A stretch of 64,000 nt of DNA from Candidatus Latescibacterota bacterium (GTDB taxonomy: Bacteria > Latescibacterota > UBA2968), in assembly GCA_038279365.1 (NCBI GenBank), contig JAYODI010000001.1, positions 64,001-128,000 on the forward strand, in the 5' to 3' direction. Positions 18,710-28,646 of this stretch are shown here, in pieces. Position 1 is the first letter of the stretch; every line of letters starts with the position of its first letter. The notes under the pieces were generated by a model. It had not been told where the DNA came from, did no database searches, and worked only from the letters and a program-made list of their open reading frames with translations. A program made the position numbers and the translations under genes.

Positions 18710-20812
18710 TTATTTGACTGTCAACTTCACTTTGCGAATGGTAAACTGATCATCGCTTGAACACACCAAGTGCATTGTTTTGCCGTCTTTGCTCATCCAC
18801 TTGGTGGGAAAACAACCCAGTTCACCAGGTCCCATGTCCCATTTGTTGGTGAAAAAGATTGTTTTCCAGGGTCCCCAAGGTTCGGGGGCCTCAAAGACAC
18901 CAAATCCACCTGCAAAGCGTGTGTCTTCACCGCCTGCTTGACGTAAATTTTGCCAAAGAATATATCGTTTGATGCCTGCGTTATAGCTGATGCTTGAGCG
19001 AATACAGGTTTCTGGGAATTTGAAAACAGGACCTCGTTTTTTGATGTCCTGTGACCAAACAGGTTTGTTATTTTTTAGGCGAACGAAAAATTCATACGCA
19101 TCGCGTTCTCTTATTTTGTCTTTGGGCACGCGGGCAAGCACAAAATGATCAGAGGCTTGGTAAGCCGATGGATTGTCATTGCTCCAAATGTAAACGAAGC
19201 CATCGCGTGCACCTTCGTAATTTTTGCCAAAGTTGATAAAGGTGGGATGCCCCAATTCTTTAAATTTCCATTTGCACCATTCAAAGGTGCGCATGTAATC
19301 TGTAGACCAGCCGATGCGCGCATGTTGGCCTTTTTGATTGTCGTTTCGCGCAAACAAATATAAGGTGTCGTCAATGGCGAGCAGGCCACTGGCTTTTTTG
19401 TCATTTTGGCCATAAGCGGTGTTTTCGGCACTGGAACGAATGTTGGTGGCGGTGAAGCTATCAACATTGCCTTCCACTTTGGCAAAACCCATGCCCAATT
19501 TGTTGGGGGTATTGGGTGCAAATCCATAACCATCACCATATGCGGTATATTGATGGTTGTCTTGGGCCCAGGTCATGGGCCAGTTGTCACTGCCATCGCG
19601 AATGATGCCACCAGTGGCAAAACGACGCACAGTGCTTAACTTAGCCCATGTAACGGCTGTGACTTTTTCACTTTGAGGATAGGGTGCTTTTTTTAGGGCG
19701 ATGCAGTTGATGAGTGGGGCAAATAGAATGGTGTTTTTGATGCGGTCACGCAAGGCATCGGTAACACGTTTTTTATTTTGGGTTGCCTGTTTAATCTCGA
19801 GTGGGTCTTGACCATTGCGTACCATAATCAGATCTAAGCTGGGTATGCCTAAGCCCACTTGAAAACCGGCTCCAGCGCCCCAAAAAGCGTCTTCCGGCAA
19901 ACTTTTTTGGTGTTTGTTGCCTTTGCCATCTGAATTAATCCACCACGCGTGGCCATGCACATTGGGGCGTATGCCCGCGTTAACAAATGCATCTTCTACG
20001 ATATTGGCTTTGATCAAAAGATCTTTTCCCCAGGCACCTTTTCGCATGAGCAAACGAATAATGGCGGCTGTGGCACGCACGCTAAAGCCCCCTCCTCCCC
20101 AAGTGCCCACCAAGGGCAAACCGTCTACCTCAAATGTTTGCCCATATCCACACGACCATTCATTTGAAGGAATGGCCATTGGTTCCATGAGGCGTTTTTG
20201 CAAGAGCGTTCGAATGTCTTTGTATGGCCCTTTTTGTAAGGCTTTGGTGACACAGTAGGCGAGCATAGCAATGCCGGGGTTGCTGTATTGATATTTGGTG
20301 CCGGGTTCAAAAATAACGGGCGCAGCATCACGCGATAGGGTAAAGGGGTCGTTGGGAACGGGGTTGCGTTTCCAAAATTCCCCTTTCCAGCCTGGTTCTT
20401 CTGTGTGGCTAAACCCCGATACGGAAGAGTCTGATAAACCCGAGGTGTGTGTGGCCAAATGCGCAATGGTGATTTTGGATTTGCGTGGGTCTTTTTTCCA
20501 TTGGGGCACATATTGGTGTGCAAAGTCGTCAAATTTGATGTGGCCATCTTGAATGGCAAATAGAAGGGACATGCCCCCAGTAAGTGCTTTGGCCATAGAT
20601 GCTGTATAGTGGGGCTTATGGCGGTCAAACCCGTTGGCATAACGTTCAAAAACAATTTTGTCTTTGTGCATGACAAAGATGCTTTTGGTGTTGTTTTTTT
20701 TCAGCAATGTCCACCATTGCTCTAATTTTTGGGGGTCTAAACCTGATTTGTCGATGGGTACTTCGGGCCAGGCATAAGCGGGAGGCGGGACGTTGATATT
20801 TCGTTTGGCCAT
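18710..20812 (-). CDS. Serine hydrolase (class C beta-lactamase-like) fused to a DUF4185-like C-terminal domain
   Basis: SMAK (SxxK), HLATHTSGL, PGTKYQYSN; C-terminal half has GSDNWPMTW, YTAYGDG, EAPEPWGPW. Confidence 0.78.
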   Translation of the reverse strand: MAKRNINVPPPAYAWPEVPIDKSGLDPQKLEQWWTLLKKNNTKSIFVMHKDKIVFERYANGFDRHKPHYTASMAKALTGGMSLLFAIQDGHIKFDDFAHQYVPQWKKDPRKSKITIAHLATHTSGLSDSSVSGFSHTEEPGWKGEFWKRNPVPNDPFTLSRDAAPVIFEPGTKYQYSNPGIAMLAYCVTKALQKGPYKDIRTLLQKRLMEPMAIPSNEWSCGYGQTFEVDGLPLVGTWGGGGFSVRATAAIIRLLMRKGAWGKDLLIKANIVEDAFVNAGIRPNVHGHAWWINSDGKGNKHQKSLPEDAFWGAGAGFQVGLGIPSLDLIMVRNGQDPLEIKQATQNKKRVTDALRDRIKNTILFAPLINCIALKKAPYPQSEKVTAVTWAKLSTVRRFATGGIIRDGSDNWPMTWAQDNHQYTAYGDGYGFAPNTPNKLGMGFAKVEGNVDSFTATNIRSSAENTAYGQNDKKASGLLAIDDTLYLFARNDNQKGQHARIGWSTDYMRTFEWCKWKFKELGHPTFINFGKNYEGARDGFVYIWSNDNPSAYQASDHFVLARVPKDKIRERDAYEFFVRLKNNKPVWSQDIKKRGPVFKFPETCIRSSISYNAGIKRYILWQNLRQAGGEDTRFAGGFGVFEAPEPWGPWKTIFFTNKWDMGPGELGCFPTKWMSKDGKTMHLVCSSDDQFTIRKVKLTVK

Positions 20813-21010
20813 TTTTTCTCCTTAAAAGATAATGGGTATTGATGTGCCAAGATAAAGCCATCAGTGTCGGAAGTCAACGAGGCTAAAATGGGCCTTTGGA
20901 GTTTTGATTGATATATTTTGAAGAACAGTTATTTTGATAAATCTTCATTTGGAAGAAATATACGTATTGCGAATTGCAAGGGATATTTTAACACGATTTA
21001 GGAGGATGGT

Positions 21011-21982
21011 ATGGAATTTCAATATTTAAGAGGTACAGGTATCAAGGTGTCACGTATTTGTTTGGGCACCATGACATTTGGCGATCAGGCTGATGAGGCT
21101 ACGTCGATAAAAATGGTGGATATGGCCATTGATGCAGGGGTTAACTTTATTGATACGGCGGATGCCTACGTGGGGGGGAAATCGGAAAGAATTGTTGGTA
21201 AAGCCCTCAAAGGCAAACGCGATAAAGTGATATTGGCCAGCAAGGTAGCCAATACGGTAGGGCCTGATAAAATGAAAGATGGTGGGCTTCACAGATGGCA
21301 TGTGATTAAGGGCGTGGAGGAAAGTTTAAAACGATTGCAGACGGATTGTTTGGATATTTTTTATCTACACAAACCCGATTGGAACACACCTATAGAAGAA
21401 ACAATGGCGGCATTTGATACATTGGTTCAACAGGGCAAAGTGATGTATGTGGGGATGTCAAATTTTGCATCGTGGCAAGTGATGAAAGCGCTGTGGAAAT
21501 GTGATGCCCATCATTGGGCGCCCCCTGTGGTTTTGCAATTGCCTTACAATTTGATCACCCGAAGTATTGATGAAGAATGTGTGGCCTTTAGCAAAGAAAT
21601 GAACATTGGAATGACGGTTTATAACCCATTGGCAGCTGGGATGTTAACGGGCAAACATTCTCGAGATGTGGCACCAGATAGAAGTACGCGTTTGGGGCGC
21701 AATAAAGATTATTACGGTCGGTTCTGGCAAGATCGCAATTTTGATGCTTTGGATATGCTCAAAAAAATTGCCGATGATGCAAACAAGACGATGATTGAGT
21801 TGTCTTTGCAATGGTTGATGTCACAGCCTGTTGTTGATTCGATGATTTTGGGCGCCAGCAAGTTGGAGCATTTGGAGCACAATATCAAAGCTGCAGAAGG
21901 GCGATTAGAAAAAGATACCCTTAAAGCCTGTGATGAGGTTTGGCAACATATACGTGGTGGGCATTTTGCTTATAACCGTTGA
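21011..21982 (+). CDS. Aldo/keto reductase
   Basis: ICLGTMTFG, FIDTADAY, SLKRLQTDCLD, YNPLAAGMLTGK; AGGAGG SD. Confidence 0.93.
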   Translation: MEFQYLRGTGIKVSRICLGTMTFGDQADEATSIKMVDMAIDAGVNFIDTADAYVGGKSERIVGKALKGKRDKVILASKVANTVGPDKMKDGGLHRWHVIKGVEESLKRLQTDCLDIFYLHKPDWNTPIEETMAAFDTLVQQGKVMYVGMSNFASWQVMKALWKCDAHHWAPPVVLQLPYNLITRSIDEECVAFSKEMNIGMTVYNPLAAGMLTGKHSRDVAPDRSTRLGRNKDYYGRFWQDRNFDALDMLKKIADDANKTMIELSLQWLMSQPVVDSMILGASKLEHLEHNIKAAEGRLEKDTLKACDEVWQHIRGGHFAYNR

Positions 21983-21993
21983 TATGTGCAAAA

Positions 21994-22024
21994 TGAGGAG
22001 AGGTGTGGTACACATCTCTCCTCA
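21994..22024. terminator. Stem-loop after the AKR gene
   Basis: TGAGGAGAGGTGTG-GTA-CACATCTCTCCTCA; no U-tract on + strand. Confidence 0.5.
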
Positions 22025-22044
22025 ATAAAAATTAGAGATCGGGT

Positions 22045-22167
22045 ATGAAGGTAGAACGTGGGGATACATGTGAATTTGCGTTTACGTCTGATACTGAATA
22101 TGGCAATTCATATTTGTTGGTTGCACGTCTGTCCTGCCATTTGACAGGTCCTGATGTATGGATGTGA
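22045..22167 (+). pseudogene. Possible frameshifted remnant of a DUF5060-like N-terminal domain
   Basis: With one added base reads MKVERWDTCEFAFTSDTEYGNSYLLVARLSCHLTGPD then stops. Confidence 0.35.
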
Positions 22168-22319
22168 ACCATCACCCGTGGAATTCTCAATCGGATCACA
22201 CATTGGACTCGCGTAAGGGAAACGAGGTTGACTTGGGTATTTTAAGTGGTGGAAAAATAACAGTCCATTTGGTGGGGGTGGAACAGATGTTGGTCATTCA
22301 GAAATAGGGGTGTGTTTTT

Positions 22320-23981
22320 GTGGCAGACCGTTTGACTTTGGGTATTGCACAAATGGCTATAGAGCCCACCTTGCGACAAAATTTGGCAAAGATGGGGATG
22401 ATGATTCGGCAAGCCAAGTTGAAGCAGTGTCGGGTGGTGTTTTTTCCCGAGGCGGCTTTGACATGTTCACCAGAAACCCCCAAGATTGAAATTGTGTTGG
22501 GGCTTCAGGCCATAGCAGATCATGCGCGTAAAAATGGTGTGTATGTGGCATTTGGTTATTTGGATCGTCTGTCTGATGATGATCGGCTATTTAATGCCGT
22601 GAAAGTATTTGACCCACAAGGCAAAGAGATTTTACACTATGAAAAAATGTGGGATGTAAAAAAAGGTGCTTCACCGATTTTGTTTGAGATGGATGACGTG
22701 TTGTTTGGAGCCATTATCTGTGCGGATCGCTGGTTGCGAGGAGTAGAGGATGGCCCCGCTTTTGAGGGGGCCAAAGTATTGGTTGAATTTTCAAATAACT
22801 TTGCCGATGAGTGGTTGCCCGACCAAGAATGGTTTTGGTATCGGCCTCGTGCTGTGCGCAACGGTGTGTTTTCGGTGTTTGTTAACACCGCCCAATTTGA
22901 AGACTATTGCAACCATGCGCACTTGGTAGATGGCCATGGGCACAGTGCTGTGTTTGCGCCCGATGGGCAATGTGTGTCGGCTTTGGCAAGTGAAGTTGAT
23001 CACTTGTTGGTATGTGATATTGACCCAACTTGTGTAATGGGAGAGGGGGTTCGGCAAAGGAAGGCGCATCCGTTGATTGGACGGTTCTGGGCAGATGATT
23101 TTGAATATCAAAAGAATGATGGCAAATGGCAAGGTTTGCTGTCTCAGGAAAAAACACTCACCTTTGCAGCGGTCCAAATGCAGTGTTATGAAGATGTGGA
23201 TGGCAACATGGCCTTAATGCGCGCGCAAATGGGAACAGCCGTTAAGCAAGGTGCCGATGTGATCGTTTTTCCCGAGTTGGCGGTTACGGGGGCTTTGGAT
23301 AAAGATGTGGAAACCGCCGATGAAATCTCTTTAGAAATGGCATTGGATATGTTGTGTGCAAGTGCCAAATCGTTGGGCATTTGCGTGGTTTTTGGCATGC
23401 CCTTTTTTGAGGCGGGTAAACGCTACAATGGTGTTTTTGTTGTTGGAGCAGATGGCAGGGTATTAACCCGCCATGCCCAAGTGGTTGTGGATCGCCCACA
23501 TTTATTTGCTCAGGGTGAGGTGTTGAAAACCATGTGGTTTGATCTGTATGGCGTGCCTGTAGCAATTTTGTTGGGCATGAAAGAGGTTTTGTGGAGCGAA
23601 ATGGCAGAGATGGCTGCATTACGAGGCGCGCAGGTGATTATGCATTTGTGCCATGATGGTGGCGATCCACTGTTTCGGCGTCAACTTTGGGCCAATATTG
23701 CATCATTTGGAACTTTGACGGTGACCGTGAATGCAGCCAGCACCCCTGCAAATGGGGGCAGTGCCATTTGGGAAGATTATCGCAGACATAAAAAGAAAGC
23801 ACCTTATTCACGGGCACCTTATTCGGCGGTGCGGGTGGCAGAAGCTTATGCTGGTGAAGAACTTTTGTATACGACTCAGACGATGCGAGCAAAAAACCCA
23901 CATATGCAACGCGTGGTTGAACGTGACCCCGATCGGCAAGGGTGGTATGAGGGGGGAGGAATGTTGATTGGTGGAGGCTAA
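22320..23981 (+). CDS. Carbon-nitrogen hydrolase (nitrilase superfamily) with two tandem domains
   Basis: Domain 1 FFPE/YEK/IICAD; domain 2 VIVFPE...RYNG. Confidence 0.85.
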   Translation: MADRLTLGIAQMAIEPTLRQNLAKMGMMIRQAKLKQCRVVFFPEAALTCSPETPKIEIVLGLQAIADHARKNGVYVAFGYLDRLSDDDRLFNAVKVFDPQGKEILHYEKMWDVKKGASPILFEMDDVLFGAIICADRWLRGVEDGPAFEGAKVLVEFSNNFADEWLPDQEWFWYRPRAVRNGVFSVFVNTAQFEDYCNHAHLVDGHGHSAVFAPDGQCVSALASEVDHLLVCDIDPTCVMGEGVRQRKAHPLIGRFWADDFEYQKNDGKWQGLLSQEKTLTFAAVQMQCYEDVDGNMALMRAQMGTAVKQGADVIVFPELAVTGALDKDVETADEISLEMALDMLCASAKSLGICVVFGMPFFEAGKRYNGVFVVGADGRVLTRHAQVVVDRPHLFAQGEVLKTMWFDLYGVPVAILLGMKEVLWSEMAEMAALRGAQVIMHLCHDGGDPLFRRQLWANIASFGTLTVTVNAASTPANGGSAIWEDYRRHKKKAPYSRAPYSAVRVAEAYAGEELLYTTQTMRAKNPHMQRVVERDPDRQGWYEGGGMLIGGG

Positions 23982-24002
23982 CTGTGATTGGGGATCTCAT
24001 AA

Positions 24003-24041
24003 AAAAGGCTTATGCATTTTTGCATAAGCCTTTTATTTTTT
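24003..24041 (+). terminator. Intrinsic terminator
   Basis: AAAAGGCTTATGCA-TTTT-TGCATAAGCCTTTT plus T tail. Confidence 0.8.
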
Positions 24042-24127
24042 GGTAGATGGCCATATGGATATTGAGTATTGGCCATAATTGTGTATGTTTACCAAACATG
24101 AATTTTGGGAACAATGCATAGGGATTA

Positions 24128-26578
24128 ATGGTCGAAAGACAGATGAAACTCATTCTGATGCTGATCTTGCTTCTGGCCCCAGCCATTGAGGCACAAACAA
24201 CCGATTATCGCGACTTGTGGCAGCGGGGGGATTATGCCGAGGCCATTGTGGCTTTGGAGACACGTTTTGAACGGTTGTCTTATCTGCCCCGGTCTTTGCG
24301 GCGGGAATATGCAGCGTTGTTGTTTACGGTTGGTCGTATTGATGAGGCCATTGATGTGCTCGAAGCTTTGGCTATGAGTGCAATAGACCCAATGACCATG
24401 GTGCGATTGGCACAGTTGTATCATTATCGTGGGCGATTGGAAGATTTTCAGGGTATTTTGACACTGACCGAACAGCAACTCCAAAGCTTATCAAATTATC
24501 GCCGCGGGCGTGATGATCTTTTGGCTCAGGGGTATTTGATGGTGCTCAACGGCGAAGACCCGCGTGCCGTTTTGCGCCATTTTTCAAATTTGACAAATAC
24601 CTACCCCTCCTATGAAGAAGCCTTTGTGGCCGCTGGTGATTTGGCTTTGTCTAAGCGAGCCTACGATGTGGCCGAACAACAATACACACAGGTTTTGCGG
24701 GTAAATTCTGAAAATCAAGACGCCCTTTCGGGGCTTGCACAATGTTATTATTATGCATCCGATTCACGATTGGATGCGGTGATGGCGTCTTTAAATACGA
24801 TGAATCCCAATCATCCACAATTGCGCTTGTTGCGGGCAGAACGATTTTTAGATTTGGGAAAGTTTGACAAAGGTCTTGCGGTTTTAGATTCTGTGCTTGC
24901 CATCAATCCCAATCATTTGGATGCTTTGGGACTTAAGGCGGCGGCGTTTTTTTTAAAAGATGATTCGGCAAGAGTTGAGCAATTAAAGGATGAAATGTTT
25001 GCCATCAATCCATTGTTTTCGGGTGCGTACCGAATTTCGGGGCGTTTGGCTTCTCGGCACTATCGCTTTGAGGAAGGGCGGGCATTTCAAGAGCAGGCTT
25101 TAAAAGTAAATGCACAAGATCATGAAGCGCGGTTGTTGTTGGCTTTTGATTTGTTGCGATTGGGCAAAGATGCTCTGGCCCGTAAAGAATTGGAACGCGT
25201 TTTTGCCGCCGATCCGTATAGTGTGCGTGCCTATAATTTGTTGGAAGCGGCAGATGCAATAGATGCGTTTCAGACCATTGATCGGGGTATTTTTCGTTTG
25301 CAATTGCCAGCCCATGAAGCCCTGCTTATGGGCGATGAATTGTTGGCACTTTTAGATGAAGCTTCTGCACTTTATCAAAAGAAGTACCAAATAGAATTAA
25401 AGACACCCGTGGTGGTGCAAGTGTTTGATGATCACGATGTGTTTATGGTGCGGTCTGTGGGGTTGCCAGGCAGTGCGGGACACTTGGGCATTTGTTTTGG
25501 ACAATTGGTTACAATGGATTCCCCGCGTGCCAGACCATTGGGTACGATGAATTGGCGGCAGGTTTTGTGGCATGAATTTGTACATGTGATTACGTTGCAA
25601 AAAACAAAGAATCGGATGCCTCGTTGGTTGTCTGAAGGGATTTCGGTGTATGAAGAATATGCGGGTGATGTGGCTTGGGGACAGCGTTTAGACGTCCATT
25701 TTAAAACCATTGTTGACGAAACAGGATATCCAACACTGGAAGATCTCAATCGCTTTTTTACAACACCGAGCTCGGCCAATCATTTGATGTTTGGTTATTT
25801 CTCGGCTGGTGAGTTTGTAAAGTTTTATGTAGATGCATACGGTCACAATGCGTTGGTGCGTGTGTTGGATCGCATTAGACAGGGTGAAGATGCAGCAGGT
25901 GCCTTGGTCGCCGAGTCTCAGGAATCATTGACAGAACTCAATTTGCGTTTTGATGCCCATATGCGGGTGCGATGTGCCGCTTTTGATTATTTGGCTGAGC
26001 ACTCTGTTTTTAAGATGGTCTTGGCCGATGGTGATGATGCCGCTAAGCGAGGTGATTTGGAAGCCGCAGAAAAGGCCTATTTGTCTGCATTTGAGTTGTA
26101 TCCTGACTATATGGCCGAAGATGCCCCCTTGCACCGATTGGTGCATCTTTATGCAGAGTCGGATCATCGAGACAAATATATCGCTGCACTTAAGCGATTG
26201 GTCAGGTGGGATGCTACGGCGCATGATGCGTGTGTCAAATTGGCGACCATGTTATTAGATGAGGGTGATGCAACAGGGGCCAAAGATGTGCTTAATCGCG
26301 CATTTGCGGTACACCCTTTTCAGGTTGCGATGCTTAAAAAACGCGTGTTGGTTGCACAGCAATTAAATGATTTAGAACAAGCCCATTCCGATTTAAAAAA
26401 ATTGGTGTATTTGGATCAACCTGGGCGAGCAGAGCATCAGTTGCATTTGGCACAGGTGTTGATCAAACAAGGTGATCGTGATGCCGCAAAAGCTGAAATA
26501 ATAGCGCTTCTTGAAACGGTACCGCATTTTTGGGATGCGCAAAAGCTGTTGTTGGAGTTGGTGGAAGGGGCGTATTAA
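24128..26578 (+). CDS. Exported TPR protein with a peptidase MA-clan (gluzincin) domain
   Basis: Signal peptide ending AIEA; TPRs; HEFVH followed by PRWLSEGISVY. Confidence 0.82.
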   Translation: MVERQMKLILMLILLLAPAIEAQTTDYRDLWQRGDYAEAIVALETRFERLSYLPRSLRREYAALLFTVGRIDEAIDVLEALAMSAIDPMTMVRLAQLYHYRGRLEDFQGILTLTEQQLQSLSNYRRGRDDLLAQGYLMVLNGEDPRAVLRHFSNLTNTYPSYEEAFVAAGDLALSKRAYDVAEQQYTQVLRVNSENQDALSGLAQCYYYASDSRLDAVMASLNTMNPNHPQLRLLRAERFLDLGKFDKGLAVLDSVLAINPNHLDALGLKAAAFFLKDDSARVEQLKDEMFAINPLFSGAYRISGRLASRHYRFEEGRAFQEQALKVNAQDHEARLLLAFDLLRLGKDALARKELERVFAADPYSVRAYNLLEAADAIDAFQTIDRGIFRLQLPAHEALLMGDELLALLDEASALYQKKYQIELKTPVVVQVFDDHDVFMVRSVGLPGSAGHLGICFGQLVTMDSPRARPLGTMNWRQVLWHEFVHVITLQKTKNRMPRWLSEGISVYEEYAGDVAWGQRLDVHFKTIVDETGYPTLEDLNRFFTTPSSANHLMFGYFSAGEFVKFYVDAYGHNALVRVLDRIRQGEDAAGALVAESQESLTELNLRFDAHMRVRCAAFDYLAEHSVFKMVLADGDDAAKRGDLEAAEKAYLSAFELYPDYMAEDAPLHRLVHLYAESDHRDKYIAALKRLVRWDATAHDACVKLATMLLDEGDATGAKDVLNRAFAVHPFQVAMLKKRVLVAQQLNDLEQAHSDLKKLVYLDQPGRAEHQLHLAQVLIKQGDRDAAKAEIIALLETVPHFWDAQKLLLELVEGAY

Positions 26579-26597
26579 GGTGTTTGGGATTTTAAAT

Positions 26598-27470
26598 ATG
26601 AGCAGAAGCACTGGATACAACGGCAAATGGTTTATTGCTCTATTTTTTATGTTATTTTTTGCCCTCTTATTTTGGGGAAACTCTGCCGAAGCACAACGAC
26701 GGTGGAGACGGTCATTTGATCGGATGGAACGCGATATTTTTCCGAGCAATGCGTTTACATTTTGTCGTGTGGAATATACCAGTGGCAGCAGAGGATGGGG
26801 GCGACGAGGTGGGAGCTGGTCGGTAGATTATCCTGAAGCCGATGAAAATTTTTCACTTCGGTTGTCACAAATAACAACGCTTAATGTCAATCGGACAGAA
26901 GATGGTCGGTTTCAGCATGTGGTGGTGCGTTTGGACGAGCCCGAGTTATTTAAGTATCCGTTTGTTTATATGCTTGAAGTGGGGCGCATGGCATTGAGTG
27001 AACCCGAACGTGAGGGATTGCGCTCCTATTTGCTTCGGGGTGGGTTTTTGTTGGTAGATGATTTTTGGGGAGATGAAGCTTGGGAAAATTTACAATATGA
27101 AATGGCTCAGGTTTTGCCTGCCGATGAATATCCCTTGGTTGATATTCCCCTGGATCATGAGATTTTTCATATTGTATTTGATATTGATGAGGTCCCACAG
27201 GTGCCTGGTGTTGGGAGCTTTTATGACTGGCAGATTACAGGTTTGACGTATGAAGGGCATGAAGGTCGTTATATGACCTATGGGTCAGAAGCACATTGTA
27301 AGGGCATATTTGATAAAAATGGTCGATTGATGGTGGTGGTGATGCACAATACCGACTTGGGTGATGGCTGGGAGCGCGAAGGTGAAAATTACGAATATTT
27401 TCGCACGTTCTCAGCGCCAAAAGCTTACCCGATGGGCATTAACATTGTGGTTTATGCGATGACACATTGA
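26598..27470 (+). CDS. DUF4159-family exported protein
   Basis: FTFCRVEY, WSVDYPEAD, LRSYLLRGGFLLVDDFWG, HNTDLGDGWE, GINIVVYAMTH; start uncertain. Confidence 0.82.
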   Translation: MSRSTGYNGKWFIALFFMLFFALLFWGNSAEAQRRWRRSFDRMERDIFPSNAFTFCRVEYTSGSRGWGRRGGSWSVDYPEADENFSLRLSQITTLNVNRTEDGRFQHVVVRLDEPELFKYPFVYMLEVGRMALSEPEREGLRSYLLRGGFLLVDDFWGDEAWENLQYEMAQVLPADEYPLVDIPLDHEIFHIVFDIDEVPQVPGVGSFYDWQITGLTYEGHEGRYMTYGSEAHCKGIFDKNGRLMVVVMHNTDLGDGWEREGENYEYFRTFSAPKAYPMGINIVVYAMTH

Positions 27471-27565
27471 GGTTGCAAGTCTACAGGTTACAAGTCGCAA
27501 GTCAACTTCAGAAGTGTTATGGATGGTTTTGATCTGCAACTTGAAGACCTGCGACATGAGACATG
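27471..27565. repeat. Imperfect inverted repeat of degenerate 7-8-mer units
   Basis: GGTTGCA-AGTCTACA-GGTTACA-AGTCGCA versus reverse complement of the right arm TGTCGCA-GGTCTTCA-AGTTGCA. Confidence 0.5.
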
Positions 27566-27583
27566 TTTTTTAAGGAGATTCAT

Positions 27584-28615
27584 TTGGACGAGATCCATTC
27601 AGACAATAATGCGCCCTTTGAAGAAGAAACCCTTCATAAACTGCGTGAAGGGCGCGAGAAAATGTTGGCGCAAATTCGCAAGGTTATTGTGGGGCAAGAT
27701 GCCGTGGTCGAGTCGTTGATGATTGTGTTGTTTACGGGGGGGCATTGTTTGCTTACGGGTGCACCCGGTTTGGCCAAAACATTGTTGGTGCGCACCATTG
27801 CAAAGATTTTGGATTTGGATTTTAAGCGCATCCAATTTACGCCAGACTTGATGCCTTCTGATATTACTGGTACAGAAATCATTGATGAAGCACGTGTGGG
27901 GGGGCACCGTGAATTGCGATTTATTCCGGGACCCATTTTTACAAATATATTGCTGGCAGATGAGATCAATCGCACTCCTCCAAAAACTCAGGCGGCACTG
28001 TTGGAGGCGATGGAAGAAAAACAGGTGACCGTGGGGGGCACATTGCGGCCTTTAAAACCGCCTTTTTTTGTTTTGGCCACACAGAATCCGATTGAGTTAG
28101 AAGGAACATATCCGTTGCCTGAAGCGCAGTTGGATCGATTTATGATGAATGTGCGTATTGATTATTTGAGTGAGGATGATGAGCTTAAAGTGGCCACGCG
28201 TACAACGAGAGTTACTGATACGGACGTTCAGGCTGTTTTTTCAGGTGCAGATATGGTTGACTTTGCCCGATTGGTGCGATTGGTGCCCGTGGCAGACCCA
28301 GTGGCCCGTTATGCCGTACAATTGGTTCAGGCAAGTCGCCCAGATTTGGATGCTGCGCCAGATTTTGTTAAAAATTGGGTGAATTGGGGCGCAGGTACCC
28401 GTGGGTCTCAAGGGTTGTTGTTGGGGGCCAAAGCCCGTGCCCTGTTACAGGGCCGCCATCATGTCTCTTTTGGTGATGTGCGTGCGGTTGCACCTGCGGT
28501 GTTGCGTCATAGGGTGTTAACCAATTTTAGAGCAGAGGCAGATCATGTGGGTGTGGATGATGTGATTGAACAGTTGTTGGAAGTCATGCCCCCTCCTCAG
28601 GCAGATTTAAGATAA
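27584..28615 (+). CDS. moxR: MoxR-family AAA+ ATPase
   Basis: GAPGLAKT Walker A, RIQFTPDLMPSD, LADEINR, ATQNPIE, YPLPEAQLDRF; TTG start behind AAGGAG (alternative ATG 27563). Confidence 0.95.
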   Translation: MDEIHSDNNAPFEEETLHKLREGREKMLAQIRKVIVGQDAVVESLMIVLFTGGHCLLTGAPGLAKTLLVRTIAKILDLDFKRIQFTPDLMPSDITGTEIIDEARVGGHRELRFIPGPIFTNILLADEINRTPPKTQAALLEAMEEKQVTVGGTLRPLKPPFFVLATQNPIELEGTYPLPEAQLDRFMMNVRIDYLSEDDELKVATRTTRVTDTDVQAVFSGADMVDFARLVRLVPVADPVARYAVQLVQASRPDLDAAPDFVKNWVNWGAGTRGSQGLLLGAKARALLQGRHHVSFGDVRAVAPAVLRHRVLTNFRAEADHVGVDDVIEQLLEVMPPPQADLR

Positions 28616-28646
28616 GTGTCTGTTCGGCCATTTTAGCAGGTATCTA

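Noticed and set aside
18710-20812. True beta-lactamase
   Set aside because: SxxK/YxN are shared by many esterases and peptidases; no clear signal peptide and an extra domain
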